NCBI GenBank assembly: GCA_049840735.1
Contig: JASGJN010000011.1
Coordinates: forward strand, 1-64,000
Reading direction: 5' to 3'
DNA from: Anaeromyxobacter sp.
GTDB taxonomy: Bacteria; Myxococcota; Myxococcia; Myxococcales; Anaeromyxobacteraceae
DNA: 64,000 nt
Shown here: positions 63,963 through 64,000 of the stretch, piece after piece
Numbering within the stretch: position 1 is the first letter of the stretch
Layout: every line of letters begins with the position of its first letter
Program-made: the position numbers and the translations under genes
The notes under the pieces: generated by a model
Told to the model about the DNA's origin: nothing
Database searches by the model: none
What the model saw: only the letters and a program-made list of their open reading frames with translations

Positions 63963-64000
63963 CCGATGTGATGCATGGCGGTGACCGGCCGGAGCCGGGC
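63959..64000 (-). CDS. 3' end of probable FtsX-like ABC permease (partial)
   Basis: ARLRPVTAMHHIG-stop resembles the A.R.xP..A terminus; GTGA overlap with the next gene. Confidence 0.55.
   Translation of the reverse strand, partial: ARLRPVTAMHHIG

Overview
Very GC-rich bacterial DNA, probably an Anaeromyxobacter-like member of Myxococcota (inferred from two MYXO-CTERM-type tails, an MxcH/MxcI-like pair and the gene content). From left to right: the 5' part of a giant YD/RHS-repeat gene (runs off the left edge), a divergent GlpX-like protein, an orphan substrate-binding lipoprotein coupled to a hybrid kinase, a DUF3857/transglutaminase/TPR protein, hemerythrin, an M49 peptidase, a complete Hyb-type [NiFe]-hydrogenase cluster (hybOABCD, hypFCDEAB), a TetR/cupin pair, a two-gene fused 2-oxoacid:ferredoxin oxidoreductase, a TonB receptor plus lipoprotein, aminotransferase plus LarA-like gene, NDH-2, amidase, Fpg-like glycosylase, two surface-anchored proteins, maeB, an M13 peptidase and the end of a permease/LolA-like/OMP operon. 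About 15 apparent frameshifts interrupt otherwise intact genes. Eight are exactly GATC read as GAATC/GATTC, which suggests base-calling errors at a methylated motif, not pseudogenes. Best leads: (1) eight copies of an intergenic ~50-bp element with fixed internal-loop sequences and covarying nested stems; (2) a small secreted triple-repeat protein lying antisense inside the hydrogenase cluster; (3) the GlpX-like protein with an altered catalytic motif and a long C-terminal extension. All family assignments come from motifs recognised by eye; no searches were run.
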